NCBI GenBank assembly: GCA_040770465.1
Contig: JAXGJB010000052.1
Location: 1-12,166 of the forward strand
DNA from: Methanothrix sp.
GTDB lineage: Archaea; Halobacteriota; Methanosarcinia; Methanotrichales; Methanotrichaceae
DNA length: 12,166 bases
Reading direction: 5' to 3'
Shown: piece by piece, positions 1-9,019 of the stretch
How positions within the stretch are numbered: position 1 is the stretch's first letter
Layout of the letters: every line of letters begins with the position of its first letter
The notes under the pieces: model-generated
The model's input: the letters and a program-made list of their open reading frames with translations, nothing else
Told to the model about the DNA's origin: nothing
Databases searched by the model: none
Program-made: the position numbers and the translations under genes

Positions 1-1
1 C

Positions 2-928
2 GCCCACCTGGGAAAGGGCCTGGGAAACGAGTTTCTCGACAGCCTCCGGGTGGCCGAAGCCGTCATCCACGTCCTGGACGCCTCGGGGTCCGCCGACGCG
101 GAGGGTAACCCCGTCGGCGTCGGAAACTACGACCCCATGAATGACGTCCTCTTCCTCAAGCGCGAGATCGGGATGTGGCTCTACGGGATCCTCAACCGGA
201 ACTGGGAGCGGCTGATGAGGCGGGTCCGGGCCGAGGGGATCAAGGTAGAGCCTCTCATCACCGAGCAGCTGGCGGGCGCCGGGGTCACCGACCAGCACGT
301 GAGGTGGGCGCTCTCGGTGATGAAGAGCGAGCCCGCGCGGTGGGGCGAGGACGACCTCAAGCGGTTCGCAGAGCTTCTCCGAGACGCCTCCAAGCCGATG
401 ATCATCGCCGCGAACAAGGTGGACATCGCGCCTCCCGAGTTCGTCGACCGCCTTGCGTCCCTGGACGAGATCGTGGTCCCAACGAGCGCCGCGGCCGAGG
501 TCGCCCTGCGGATGGCGGACAAGAGCGGCGCGATCAGATACCGGCCGGGAGACCAGGATTTTGAGCTAGTAAAAGACCTCAGCGGACCCCAGAAGGCGGG
601 GCTTGAAAAGATCCGGGCGATCCTGAAGGCGACGACCGGCGGGACCGGGGTCCAGGAGTGCATCGACCGGGCGGTCTTCGAGCTTCTGGAGTACATCCCC
701 GTATTCCCGGTGGAGGACGAGGGGAAGTGGACCGACCGGAATGGTGTCGTCCTGCCGGACGCCTACCTGATGAAGAAGGGCTCGACGACGAAAGACCTCG
801 CCTATCGGATTCACACCGACATCGGTGACAGCTTCCTCTTCGCCCTGGACGCGCGGACGAAGATGAGGCTCGGGGAGAAGCAAGAGCTGAAGGCGGGGGA
901 CGTCATCAAGATCGTGTCGACGAAGTGA
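2..928 (+). CDS. ychF: Archaeal YchF/Obg-like translation-associated ATPase/GTPase, 5'-partial
   Basis: The frame is open from base 2 and reads AHLGKGLGNEFLDSLRVAEAVIHVLDASG (YchF GxGLGNxFL motif), so GTG at 50 is internal. It has a G4-like ANKVD and a C-terminal TGS domain (LPDAYLMKKGST..DLAYRIHTDIG...LKAGDVIKI). Confidence 0.93.
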   Translation, partial: AHLGKGLGNEFLDSLRVAEAVIHVLDASGSADAEGNPVGVGNYDPMNDVLFLKREIGMWLYGILNRNWERLMRRVRAEGIKVEPLITEQLAGAGVTDQHVRWALSVMKSEPARWGEDDLKRFAELLRDASKPMIIAANKVDIAPPEFVDRLASLDEIVVPTSAAAEVALRMADKSGAIRYRPGDQDFELVKDLSGPQKAGLEKIRAILKATTGGTGVQECIDRAVFELLEYIPVFPVEDEGKWTDRNGVVLPDAYLMKKGSTTKDLAYRIHTDIGDSFLFALDARTKMRLGEKQELKAGDVIKIVSTK

Positions 929-1039
929 GAGGAGGATACCGGACCGGATGATTCAAGGGCGGGGCGACGTTCGGCGCCAGCGATTTTATCAAGAAAGGCT
1001 GGCTTGATTTTTCGATTTTTTTTATCTTAGAACTCGAAG

Positions 1040-1088
1040 CGATCTGACCTTAATCGATCTGACCTTAATAATTCTGGTCGTAAGGTCA
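1040..1088. repeat. Perfect 15-bp tandem repeat plus an inverted 8-bp core
   Basis: CGATCTGACCTTAAT occurs at 1040-1054 and 1055-1069. TAAGGTCA at 1081-1088 is the reverse complement of the core TGACCTTA. Confidence 0.85.
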
Positions 1089-1304
1089 CTCATTTATCGA
1101 AATCACCTGGGGACTCTAGTATCAGTAGGTGATAGAATGAGATGCAGTTCAGGATAATCTTATTATATGAATGATCTCAAGCTAAGTTAATAAGTGAGAA
1201 AATTGAAGGATTGGCCATAAACGTACAAAGTATTATCAACTATAACCTAAAATAATCCATCTAAGCATGTCACATGGTTATGAAGTGTTATCAGAGATGG
1301 TACT

Positions 1305-3155
1305 ATGTACTTGAATAAGATAGCCGTGCGTAATTTTAGGAACCTAGAATTTTTAGAAGTTGAGTTATCAAGAGGCCTTAATGTAATCGTCGGAGAAAAC
1401 AACGTCGGTAAAACAAATTTGCTCGACGCAATTCGAGCGGCTCTCGGTTCTGCATCATCCTCAAATCCAGTACGATTATATAAAGAAGACATCTATATAA
1501 GTCGCGATGGTACGGTTGCTAAAGAACCCATAAGAATAGATCTGATATTTGCTGGCCTTAATGATGAGGAACAAGCCCAATTCCTAGAAGTGCTAAACTA
1601 CGACGCAGAAAAACCTGAACGGTCAACCGCAAGTATTCATTTTGAGTGGTCTTGGAACGAGAAAACTAATCGATGGCATTCGCGCCGTTGGGGTGGCGAG
1701 AGATCCAATTCAGAATCACCTGTGCCTGAAGATCTGCTTCAATCAGTGCCTATAACCTTACTTGAAGCATTGAGGGATGCTGTAAGTGCCTTAGTTCCAG
1801 GGCGGCAGAGTCGCCTAGGACGTCTGTTAAAAGTCATAGCTGATGATGATGAAAAGATGCCACTCCAGGAGATCATGGAAGAGGCAAATGAAAGGCTTCA
1901 AAGTAACGGCCTAATTAAAGATGCTGAAGGGAAAATTTGTCGTGCATTAAAGGGCGCTTCAGGGCGGTTTTTAGGCCAAGAAGTGAATATAAGAGCTTCC
2001 GAGCCCGATTTCGATAGAATAGTCAGAAACTTGAGATTGGTGCTGAATTTGAATGACACATCGCAAGAAACTAAAGGCCAAGTTATTCAAGAGTTGAGAA
2101 ACAATGGCCTAGGGTATAATAATTTAATTTATATTGCTACGGTCCTTGCTGAACTTGAAGCGTTGTCTGACGCCTCTCTTCCGCTTCTCTTAGTCGAAGA
2201 ACCTGAAGCACATCTGCATCCTCAATTACAGATCTTGCTGTCAAATTTCCTGGCGAAGGGCGGAGCTGAAGACGATTCTCATAGAATGGTACAGACCATC
2301 GTTACTACACATTCTCCCACAATAGCTGCGGATGTCCCAACCAAGACGATTAAAATCCTTCATCGTGAGAAAACCGGCATGTTGCGATGTGTTGGTCTGG
2401 ATAAATGCGGCTTAAGTTCTCGTGAAGCAGACCAGCTTAGCAGAATGTTCGACGTAACACGAGCTACGTTATTATTTGCTCGTGGTATAATTCTTGTCGA
2501 AGGAATTACTGAAGCACTTATCCTTCCTGTACTGGCTCAGCGTATAGGAATATCACTGGAAGACAGAGCTGTTTCTGTCATCCCCATTTGCGGTGTGGAT
2601 TTTGTAACTGTAGCGAAAATATTTGGTGAAGATAAATTGAGGATACCAGTAGCTATCGTCACAGATGGCGACCCAGAGGTAATAACTCCCGAAGAAGCTG
2701 ATAAAAACTGGAGAAATGAGTTACCAAAAAAAGATGAGTCAGGAAACTATGAGATCTGTGCTCGTGTTCGGAAATTGAAAGAAACATTTGCAATAAATAG
2801 TGTTGTGAGTGTATTTCACTCCAAAGTGACTCTAGAATACGATCTGGCATATGCAGGAGATAACAACGCAGATATTATGTGTGAAGCATGGGAAATGTGT
2901 TTTCAAGAAGGGTCAAGTCCCAAGACATTTAATGGTGAATTATTAAAAGAATGCGGTGATGATATTGAAGCTAAAGCTTTAGCGGTTTGGAGAGGAATAT
3001 GTAGGGCAAACCCTACAAGAAGCAAAAGCGAGTTCGCACAGAAATTGGTTGACATTCTAGAAGAAAAAGACAGTTCGGGAGACGACAAAATACCTTATGC
3101 CCATTTTGATGTCCCTGACTATATAACAAAATCGATAAACCATGTAACAAGTTAA
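1305..3155 (+). CDS. gajA: OLD-family ATP-dependent endonuclease (ABC ATPase + TOPRIM), GajA-like
   Basis: Walker A GENNVGKT, signature region NGLGYNNLIYI, Walker B/D-loop LLLVEEPEAHLHPQ, H-loop TTHSP. TOPRIM LFARGIILVEGITE and VTDGD, followed by TLEYDL, KSEFAQ and VPDYI. Directly followed by a UvrD gene. Confidence 0.9.
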   Translation: MYLNKIAVRNFRNLEFLEVELSRGLNVIVGENNVGKTNLLDAIRAALGSASSSNPVRLYKEDIYISRDGTVAKEPIRIDLIFAGLNDEEQAQFLEVLNYDAEKPERSTASIHFEWSWNEKTNRWHSRRWGGERSNSESPVPEDLLQSVPITLLEALRDAVSALVPGRQSRLGRLLKVIADDDEKMPLQEIMEEANERLQSNGLIKDAEGKICRALKGASGRFLGQEVNIRASEPDFDRIVRNLRLVLNLNDTSQETKGQVIQELRNNGLGYNNLIYIATVLAELEALSDASLPLLLVEEPEAHLHPQLQILLSNFLAKGGAEDDSHRMVQTIVTTHSPTIAADVPTKTIKILHREKTGMLRCVGLDKCGLSSREADQLSRMFDVTRATLLFARGIILVEGITEALILPVLAQRIGISLEDRAVSVIPICGVDFVTVAKIFGEDKLRIPVAIVTDGDPEVITPEEADKNWRNELPKKDESGNYEICARVRKLKETFAINSVVSVFHSKVTLEYDLAYAGDNNADIMCEAWEMCFQEGSSPKTFNGELLKECGDDIEAKALAVWRGICRANPTRSKSEFAQKLVDILEEKDSSGDDKIPYAHFDVPDYITKSINHVTS

Positions 3156-3164
3156 TATTATAAA

Positions 3165-5003
3165 TTGATCCCTATGTCCTCATCGATTGACGATTTCCCC
3201 AACCCCGAGCAAGAAGCGATAATTCGTAGCGTGCTTTGTGGCGAGAATCGAATAACTATAGTTCGAGCTTGCCCAGGCAGCGGTAAGACTAAGCTTTTTG
3301 CAGAAATCTTGAATAACATAATATCAACTTGGACAGAGAATATTGGTGGAGTAGCTGCATTATCATTCACCAATGTAGCCCAAGAAGAGATCACAAAGAA
3401 GTTGGGAGAACAGTTACAATATCCACATTTTGTGGGAACACTCGACTCATTCATGCTTCGATATGTGGTCAGACCCTTTGGACATTTAGTTGGCTTAAAT
3501 AAGGAAGGCCCTCGTTTAATTCCTTCACCACTTGATGAAATCATCGAAAATCCCAAAGTGAGATATGGAGAAAAACCAGAAAATACAGGAAGCATTTTCC
3601 GGATGCGTTTTGTAGATGGTAGTGAAAATAGTCCCAATATGGTAATTAAGGATGATGTGTCTAATAAATATATAAATATTGAAGACAGATATGTGAGAAC
3701 TGTATTAATGAAAAAAAGAGAAGAATGGAAACGGAATGGCCGTATAACCCACTCCGACTGCCAATATTTATCATCAAAAATTTTAAATAGCATAAAGTAT
3801 TCAAGTTATATCTCGAAAATCATAGCGCGAAGATTTCCCGTCATCCTCATTGATGAGTTCCAGGATACGGGTTGGTTCCTTGGAAGAGCCATAGTAAAAT
3901 TACTTCAATGTTCTCATGTTTCCGGTCTCGTCGTTGGCGATCCAGACCAAGCTATCTTTGAGTTTAGTGGAGCTAAACCAACACTCTTTGATGATGTAGA
4001 AAGGCTACCTGGATCTAAAGCGTATCCTTTAACTAGAACTCAACGGTGTCCGAAAAGAGTCGCTGCTGTGGTATCGCAATTATCCGATTCGAACGCATCG
4101 ATATTAGCCAGAGATGATGCAGAAGATGGGCATACAATCATGCTAGTTCATGGTATGAAAAGTAATCAATTCGATAACATTATTTGGTCAGAGATTCGAA
4201 ATTTTGTAAACGACGCCGATAGTCTTGCTGTTATAGCTCGAAGAACCTCAATAGTTAAAATTTTAGCTGGATTTAACACTGATGAATATTTTAAAGGATC
4301 ATGTCGTTATGGCAAACAAATCGATAAAGCAGTGATGCAACTTAGAGAAGGAAACTCCCACGAAGCTTCAAAAATAATATCTAGAGTTTTGGGCGACTTC
4401 GTACTTGATGATGAGACGCCTAGTGCTGAAACATTAAGGAAAAATAATATCGAATTACGGAAGTGGAGATTAGCGATATTTAAGATCATAACAGCGGCAT
4501 CATCCTATTCCGATGACGAAACTTGGAATGATTGGCTTTTAAGGGTTAAAGAGGAAGTTGGAAAAGCAGCACAGGATATTGGCTGGATCGAGGATAAAAA
4601 GAAACTCGGTCAGAAATTTCAAAAATCTCAGAAACATGGAAATGCAAAAAGAAATTTGAATATATTATCTGAGGAAAATTTGGATTGTGGGAGTGCCAGT
4701 ACGATAACAACAATACATCAAGTCAAAGGTGAAGGATTTGATTGTGTTGTTCTATTTGTTCCAAAGCCTGCAAGTATTTCACCATGTCCATCCAATGAGT
4801 GGTGGAAACCGTCTCCATGTGAAGAACGTCGTGTTGCTTTTGTGGCAGCATCTCGTGCAAAAAAGATCTTTATTCTATGCATTCATTTGGAAACATATGA
4901 TGCATTAAGAACAAGGTTTCCTCAGTTCGTTGAACTATTTGAGGTAAAAAACATTTCCGGAGGGACTATTCCTAACCAAAGTAGTTTATCTAATTTTTTC
5001 TGA
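3165..5003 (+). CDS. gajB: UvrD/PcrA-like SF1 helicase, GajB-like
   Basis: Motifs ACPGSGKT, LSFTN, GTLDSF, LIDEFQD, VGDPDQAIFEFSGA, TQRCP, TIHQVKG and EERRVAFVAASRAK. It starts 9 bp after the OLD stop (TTG 3165, or ATG 3174). Confidence 0.88.
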   Translation: MIPMSSSIDDFPNPEQEAIIRSVLCGENRITIVRACPGSGKTKLFAEILNNIISTWTENIGGVAALSFTNVAQEEITKKLGEQLQYPHFVGTLDSFMLRYVVRPFGHLVGLNKEGPRLIPSPLDEIIENPKVRYGEKPENTGSIFRMRFVDGSENSPNMVIKDDVSNKYINIEDRYVRTVLMKKREEWKRNGRITHSDCQYLSSKILNSIKYSSYISKIIARRFPVILIDEFQDTGWFLGRAIVKLLQCSHVSGLVVGDPDQAIFEFSGAKPTLFDDVERLPGSKAYPLTRTQRCPKRVAAVVSQLSDSNASILARDDAEDGHTIMLVHGMKSNQFDNIIWSEIRNFVNDADSLAVIARRTSIVKILAGFNTDEYFKGSCRYGKQIDKAVMQLREGNSHEASKIISRVLGDFVLDDETPSAETLRKNNIELRKWRLAIFKIITAASSYSDDETWNDWLLRVKEEVGKAAQDIGWIEDKKKLGQKFQKSQKHGNAKRNLNILSEENLDCGSASTITTIHQVKGEGFDCVVLFVPKPASISPCPSNEWWKPSPCEERRVAFVAASRAKKIFILCIHLETYDALRTRFPQFVELFEVKNISGGTIPNQSSLSNFF

Positions 5004-5436
5004 AAGAAGGCACGAACAAACAGATATGGCGCAGGAATTTTTATAAGGATTAACATATTCTCTAATAAGCACTAATCTACGTTCCACTGAGAACTCTTTA
5101 GATTACGGGAGTCTCTTCATACTCGATCCCCCAGCAGCAGAAAGTTCACCATCTTATCGATGGGGGCAACCGCCTCGATGGACTCCGGTCCCCATGCCGC
5201 TTGGGAAAAGTCCGATCGATCCTCTTCGCCCGCTCCTCATAGCCACCTCCCCGGCCTCCTCCCCCTCCGACGGTGCCAGCCCTCCGCCTTTCGCCACCGG
5301 TACCGGGCCGCCGGTTCGCACCCGCCCACCATCCCCGCGGCGACGCCGACGTGCCCGCCCCCGCCGCTCGCCCCTCCCGGACGGCGGAGGCGGCCTTCGC
5401 GATGGGCTCGCCGGGAGCTGATTTTTCGCCTCTCGG

Positions 5437-5475
5437 TTATAATTAAATATAATACCATTAATAACATTAGTGTAA
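5437..5475 (+). promoter_or_regulatory. AT-rich promoter region upstream of the flavoprotein gene
   Basis: TTATAATTAAATATAAT...CATTAATAACATTAG sits in a GC-rich context. A GGAGGA RBS lies at ~5509-5514 before GTG 5522. Confidence 0.55.
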
Positions 5476-5521
5476 ATCTGCGCTGGAAATTCTGTGCGCG
5501 ATGATTTAGGGAGGAAAAGCC

Positions 5522-6070
5522 GTGAAAGCGATCGGAATAGTGGGGAGTCCAAGAAAGAACGGCAACGTCGATCGGCTCGTCCAGGCTGTCCTGGACGGAG
5601 CCGAAGAGGCAGGCTGCGAGACCGACAAGTACCACCTAAACGAGCTGAGCTACTCGGGCTGCCAGGGGTGCAACTACTGCAAAAGCCACGAAAACTGCAA
5701 GATCGACGACGACCTCTCAGAGGTGCTGGAGGGCATAAGGGAGGCCGACGCGGTCGTCTTCGGCTCGCCGATATACTTCTACCTCTTTTCCGGTCAGTTC
5801 AAACTGATGGAGGACCGGATGTACTCATTCGTAGACGCGGGTTTCAACTCTCGCCTGGCGCCCGGAAAGAAGGCGGTCATCGTCACCAGCCAGGGCAATC
5901 CAGACCTCTCGGCCTTCGAGAAGGCGGCCAATGAATTCGCCGGGATTCTGAAGCGATTGGGATTTGATGTGGCCGAGATCATCCGCATGGGAGGCGGCGG
6001 CCCGCCGGACGCGGTAATGGAGAGGAAGGACCTCCTGGATAAGGCGAGGGCTGCGGGAAAGGCGCTCTGA
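5522..6070 (+). CDS. Iron-sulfur flavoprotein (Isf) / NADPH-dependent FMN reductase, flavodoxin family
   Basis: N-terminal GSPRKNGN, compact Cys motif CQGCNYCKSHENC (CX2CX2CX5C), ADAVVFGSPIYF and FKLMEDR. Confidence 0.92.
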   Translation: MKAIGIVGSPRKNGNVDRLVQAVLDGAEEAGCETDKYHLNELSYSGCQGCNYCKSHENCKIDDDLSEVLEGIREADAVVFGSPIYFYLFSGQFKLMEDRMYSFVDAGFNSRLAPGKKAVIVTSQGNPDLSAFEKAANEFAGILKRLGFDVAEIIRMGGGGPPDAVMERKDLLDKARAAGKAL

Positions 6071-6225
6071 AGGGGCGGGTCGGGCTGAAAAAAGGGGACG
6101 ATTGCGAGCTTGTGGCGGCGGCGGGTGCGGGTGCGAAGCGGAGGCGGGATGTGGCGCTGAGGGGAGCGCCCCGGGTGGTCGGCGCCGCCCGGCGTCGAGC
6201 CCGGACGTCACCCCCTCCCTCCGCC

Positions 6226-6474
6226 TCAATAGATCGCGTTCTGGTAGAGGAGGACGGCCCAGAGGGCGCCGAGGACGATGATCGCCGCCGCCGACCGCCG
6301 GAGGCCCAGGTCGTAGTAGGTGATCCCCACCGCCACCATGATGGCCACGTTCATCATGGCGGTCGCGGGCTCGATGGCGCCGCTCCGGTTCACAAAGCCG
6401 CTCCAAACCTGGGGCAGGAGGGCGAAGGCCCCCATCACCGATCCAAGGGTGAGCATAAGGTCATGCCAAGTCAA
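6226..6474 (-). CDS. Small three-helix membrane protein with PQ motif (PQ-loop/SemiSWEET-like)
   Basis: 82 aa with three hydrophobic segments and LLPQ after the first. Host-like codons; TTG start preceded by AAGGGAA. Confidence 0.7.
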   Translation of the reverse strand: MTWHDLMLTLGSVMGAFALLPQVWSGFVNRSGAIEPATAMMNVAIMVAVGITYYDLGLRRSAAAIIVLGALWAVLLYQNAIY

Positions 6475-6938
6475 TTCGTATTCCCTTTTTTCGTTTAGAA
6501 TTCAAATCTGCTTTCTTTTCAGCTTTTATCGCTTAATCGGGCTGATCATCGAGTTCTTATCAGATTACTGCGGGACTATTTCTTTTCCCGTATCATTATG
6601 TCAGCCATAGATCATCTTACGAGCCATTCTGAGGCGAATATGATTACACCTGGAAATACAACAAATATCGCCTCTCAACAATCAAATCACAATTCATATT
6701 GAGATTGAATGTAATTCCCCGGTTCCAGGTAGAATTAGGTGAAGATAAACCTTTTGATCATATCCATATCGAATAAATCTGATTATATTTGTCTGATCTT
6801 TGTAATTTATTAGTTACCTACTGAATAGAGGATATATGGCTTCTAAATTGAAATTAAAGGATCATATGTCCATATTTCCCTTATAAAATGGACTTTAATG
6901 GTCCAAATACGAAAAAAGAGATGATGAGGATGGGAATC

Positions 6939-6971
6939 AAAATCACAAAATCGTAAAAATCGCAAAATCGA
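6939..6971 (-). repeat. Four AAAATC-core tandem units (GATTTT on the - strand), likely the rqcH terminator
   Basis: AAAATCAC AAAATCGT AAAAATCGC AAAATCGA lies ~60 bp downstream of the rqcH stop and gives repeated U-tracts in the transcript. Confidence 0.6.
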
Positions 6972-7033
6972 AAGGGCAAGGATTGGGAATGGGAGTTGGG
7001 CATCCCGATCTTCCAGGCATCCGGCGCGAAAGA

Positions 7034-8965
7034 TCACCCCTTCACCCTTGACCCTCCGGGCGGGAGGAAGCTCACGATCTGGTCGATGGAGGCGACGGAC
7101 TTGAGGTACCTCCGATCCTCCTCCTTCTCGGCGAAGGACCGATAGATCCTCTTCGCCAGATCCTCGGCGCTGAACTCGCCGGGCTCGACCTCGACGACGG
7201 GATCGGCCCTCGGCTTGATCGCCGAGACCGGGCCGCCGATGAGCTGGTCCTCGGCGATCCCCACGGCGACTCCGACGGGCACATCCCTGAAGTACCGCCG
7301 CTCGCCCCGGACGACGAAGGCCCCCTTCTTGAGAAACTCGCCGGGCTCGGGGGTCTTGGTCACCTGCTCGGCTGCGACCATGTAGCAGTCCCCCTCGAAG
7401 AACCCCTCCTTCCAGACGCTGGAATAGCTGACCGCGAACTCTGCCGCCTCCTCCAGGGTCGATTCGGGGACCTCCTCGCCTCCGGTCTTGATTACGGTGA
7501 GGGGGGCGCCCGGCGCGTCGGTGTGGAGGGCGAAGTCCCGCTTCTCCAGGTACTTGGCGTAGATCTCCTCGTTGCTGGAAGCGTCCCTTCCCCCGATGAC
7601 GAGAAATCCGTCGGAGGACGTGAACCAGCGGAACCTCTCGTACCACCTCGGCTTTCGGCGCCGGAAGACCTTCCTCGTCTTCACCTTCTCGGGCCCCGCC
7701 TTCCGAGCTATGATCCGCACCGTCTCCTCCAGCGCCTTCTCCGCCCCCTCTCGCTTCTTCGTCTGCTCCTTCGCCCGGTCGTAGTACCGCTGGGCGTTCT
7801 GGGGGACGGTGAGGTTCGCGTTCAGCTCCAGCTCGGGCCCTACATCGTCGAGGCGGAGGCGAAGCTCCCCCTGGTAGTCGAGAGAGAGGATCTTCTCGGC
7901 GATCGGAAGGCCGGAGGTCCTGATCTTCGCCCAGATCTCCGAGTAGGAAAAGCCCTTTTCGAGGGCTCCGGATATGGCGGCGAGGATCGCCTCCACCTCA
8001 ATGTACCGCTCGTAGATCTTCTCCCCCAGGGCCGCGTACTCCTTCTCTTTGTCCCGGAACTCCTGGATCGACCGCTCCTGCATCTCCTTTCTTCGCTCAA
8101 GGCTCGACTTGGGCTTCGGCCCCTCCGCCGCCTCGGCGAAGAAGTACTCGTCTAGGGCCTTGCTGAAGCTCTCAAACTCCCGCCGCTCGAGGTCGCCGTA
8201 GACCTCCAGGGGCGCGGGGACGACGTCGACGACCTCGCCGCCGTCGATGACGAAGTGGGGGAAGGTCGATGCGAGGCCGAAGACCTCTCCCAGGGCCCGA
8301 TGGACCCGGTCGATCTCATCGCCCGAGAGGGAGTGAGCCGGCTCGGTCTTGTTCACCCCCGCCCTCAGACAGACCTCCTCGGCGTAGGTCCCGCCCATGT
8401 TCAGACCCCGGACCAGGGTCCTCACAAGCTCCGACTCCGACGAGGCGAGGATGAAGGCGAGGTCGTTTCTTGAGACGGTCCGCGGGTCAAGCTGATCCTC
8501 CCGGTACTGGTACTTCTCGCCTGCGAGGAGCTTTCTGTCCCGGAAGGCGAGCGGCCGCAGCGGCAGGACGATCCTGCCGTTGTCGTCTAGGAGGAGGACG
8601 TTCCCCTTGGGGAAGATCTCGGCGATGAGAATGTACCGGTCATCGCCCCGCTCGATGACGATCTCCGCCAGCCGGTCAAAGCCGTGCTGGCGGACCTCCA
8701 CCACCCGGCCGCCGGAAAGGCGGCTTCGGAGCATCGTGGGAAACTGGGGCGGCATCTTGGGCGCCTCCCGAGGCTTCTCGGTGAGGTGGACCCGCCTTCC
8801 CGCCTCCAGGAGTAGGTCGAGCTTCCCGGATGCCGGAGACGAAAAGGAGATCACCACCCTATCGGGGGCGAGCTGGTAGGACTTCCCCACAAAGCCGCCC
8901 ACCAGCTTCTCCTGCAGCTCCTCGACCACCGCCGCCACGTCCACGTTGCTCATCGCCTTCTTCAT
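7034..8965 (-). CDS. rqcH: Ribosome rescue protein RqcH / archaeal Rqc2 (NFACT, FbpA family), 643 aa
   Basis: The likely start is MKKAMSNVDV at 8965. Motifs include FPTMLRSRLSGG, QHGFDR, AEIFPKGN, HhH GGTYAEE, QNAQRYYDRAK, WYERFRWFTSSDGFLVIGGRDASSNE and GEFLKKGAFVVRGER. Confidence 0.95.
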   Translation of the reverse strand: MKKAMSNVDVAAVVEELQEKLVGGFVGKSYQLAPDRVVISFSSPASGKLDLLLEAGRRVHLTEKPREAPKMPPQFPTMLRSRLSGGRVVEVRQHGFDRLAEIVIERGDDRYILIAEIFPKGNVLLLDDNGRIVLPLRPLAFRDRKLLAGEKYQYREDQLDPRTVSRNDLAFILASSESELVRTLVRGLNMGGTYAEEVCLRAGVNKTEPAHSLSGDEIDRVHRALGEVFGLASTFPHFVIDGGEVVDVVPAPLEVYGDLERREFESFSKALDEYFFAEAAEGPKPKSSLERRKEMQERSIQEFRDKEKEYAALGEKIYERYIEVEAILAAISGALEKGFSYSEIWAKIRTSGLPIAEKILSLDYQGELRLRLDDVGPELELNANLTVPQNAQRYYDRAKEQTKKREGAEKALEETVRIIARKAGPEKVKTRKVFRRRKPRWYERFRWFTSSDGFLVIGGRDASSNEEIYAKYLEKRDFALHTDAPGAPLTVIKTGGEEVPESTLEEAAEFAVSYSSVWKEGFFEGDCYMVAAEQVTKTPEPGEFLKKGAFVVRGERRYFRDVPVGVAVGIAEDQLIGGPVSAIKPRADPVVEVEPGEFSAEDLAKRIYRSFAEKEEDRRYLKSVASIDQIVSFLPPGGSRVKG

Positions 8966-9019
8966 AGTGGCCGAAAAGGGGGATCGACAGATAAATAGTT
9001 GCGGACGTCCACAGACGGG
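8966..9019. promoter_or_regulatory. Compact bidirectional promoter between rqcH and the Mut7-C gene
   Basis: 54-bp divergent gap with a single AT element, ATAAATA (8991-8997), near the midpoint of the two ATGs. Confidence 0.6.

Larger units (their letters stand above)
985..5110. mobile_element. AT-rich, probably horizontally acquired defence islet (boundaries approximate)
   Basis: Composition switches abruptly from GC-rich to AT-rich near 985 and back near 5110. The cargo is only the nuclease-helicase pair; no integrase, transposase or tRNA is visible. Confidence 0.7.

Noticed and set aside
175-883. Alternate-frame and antisense ORFs over ychF (likewise over rqcH, isf, gajB and the methyltransferase)
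   Set aside because: These are shadow ORFs of well-supported genes, mostly R/G/P/S-rich and without motifs.
1040-1069. CRISPR array
   Set aside because: Only two abutting 15-bp units, with no spacers and no cas genes.
1005-5428. TGATTTTTCG at 1005-1014 and 5419-5428, and AGAACTC near both islet ends, as att or target-site duplications
   Set aside because: They are short. The first belongs to the recurring GATTTT motif, and its right copy is ~300 bp beyond the composition boundary.
5154-5635. Several 75-132 aa ORFs between gajB and isf
   Set aside because: Low-complexity translations with no motifs; most run through the AT-rich promoter.
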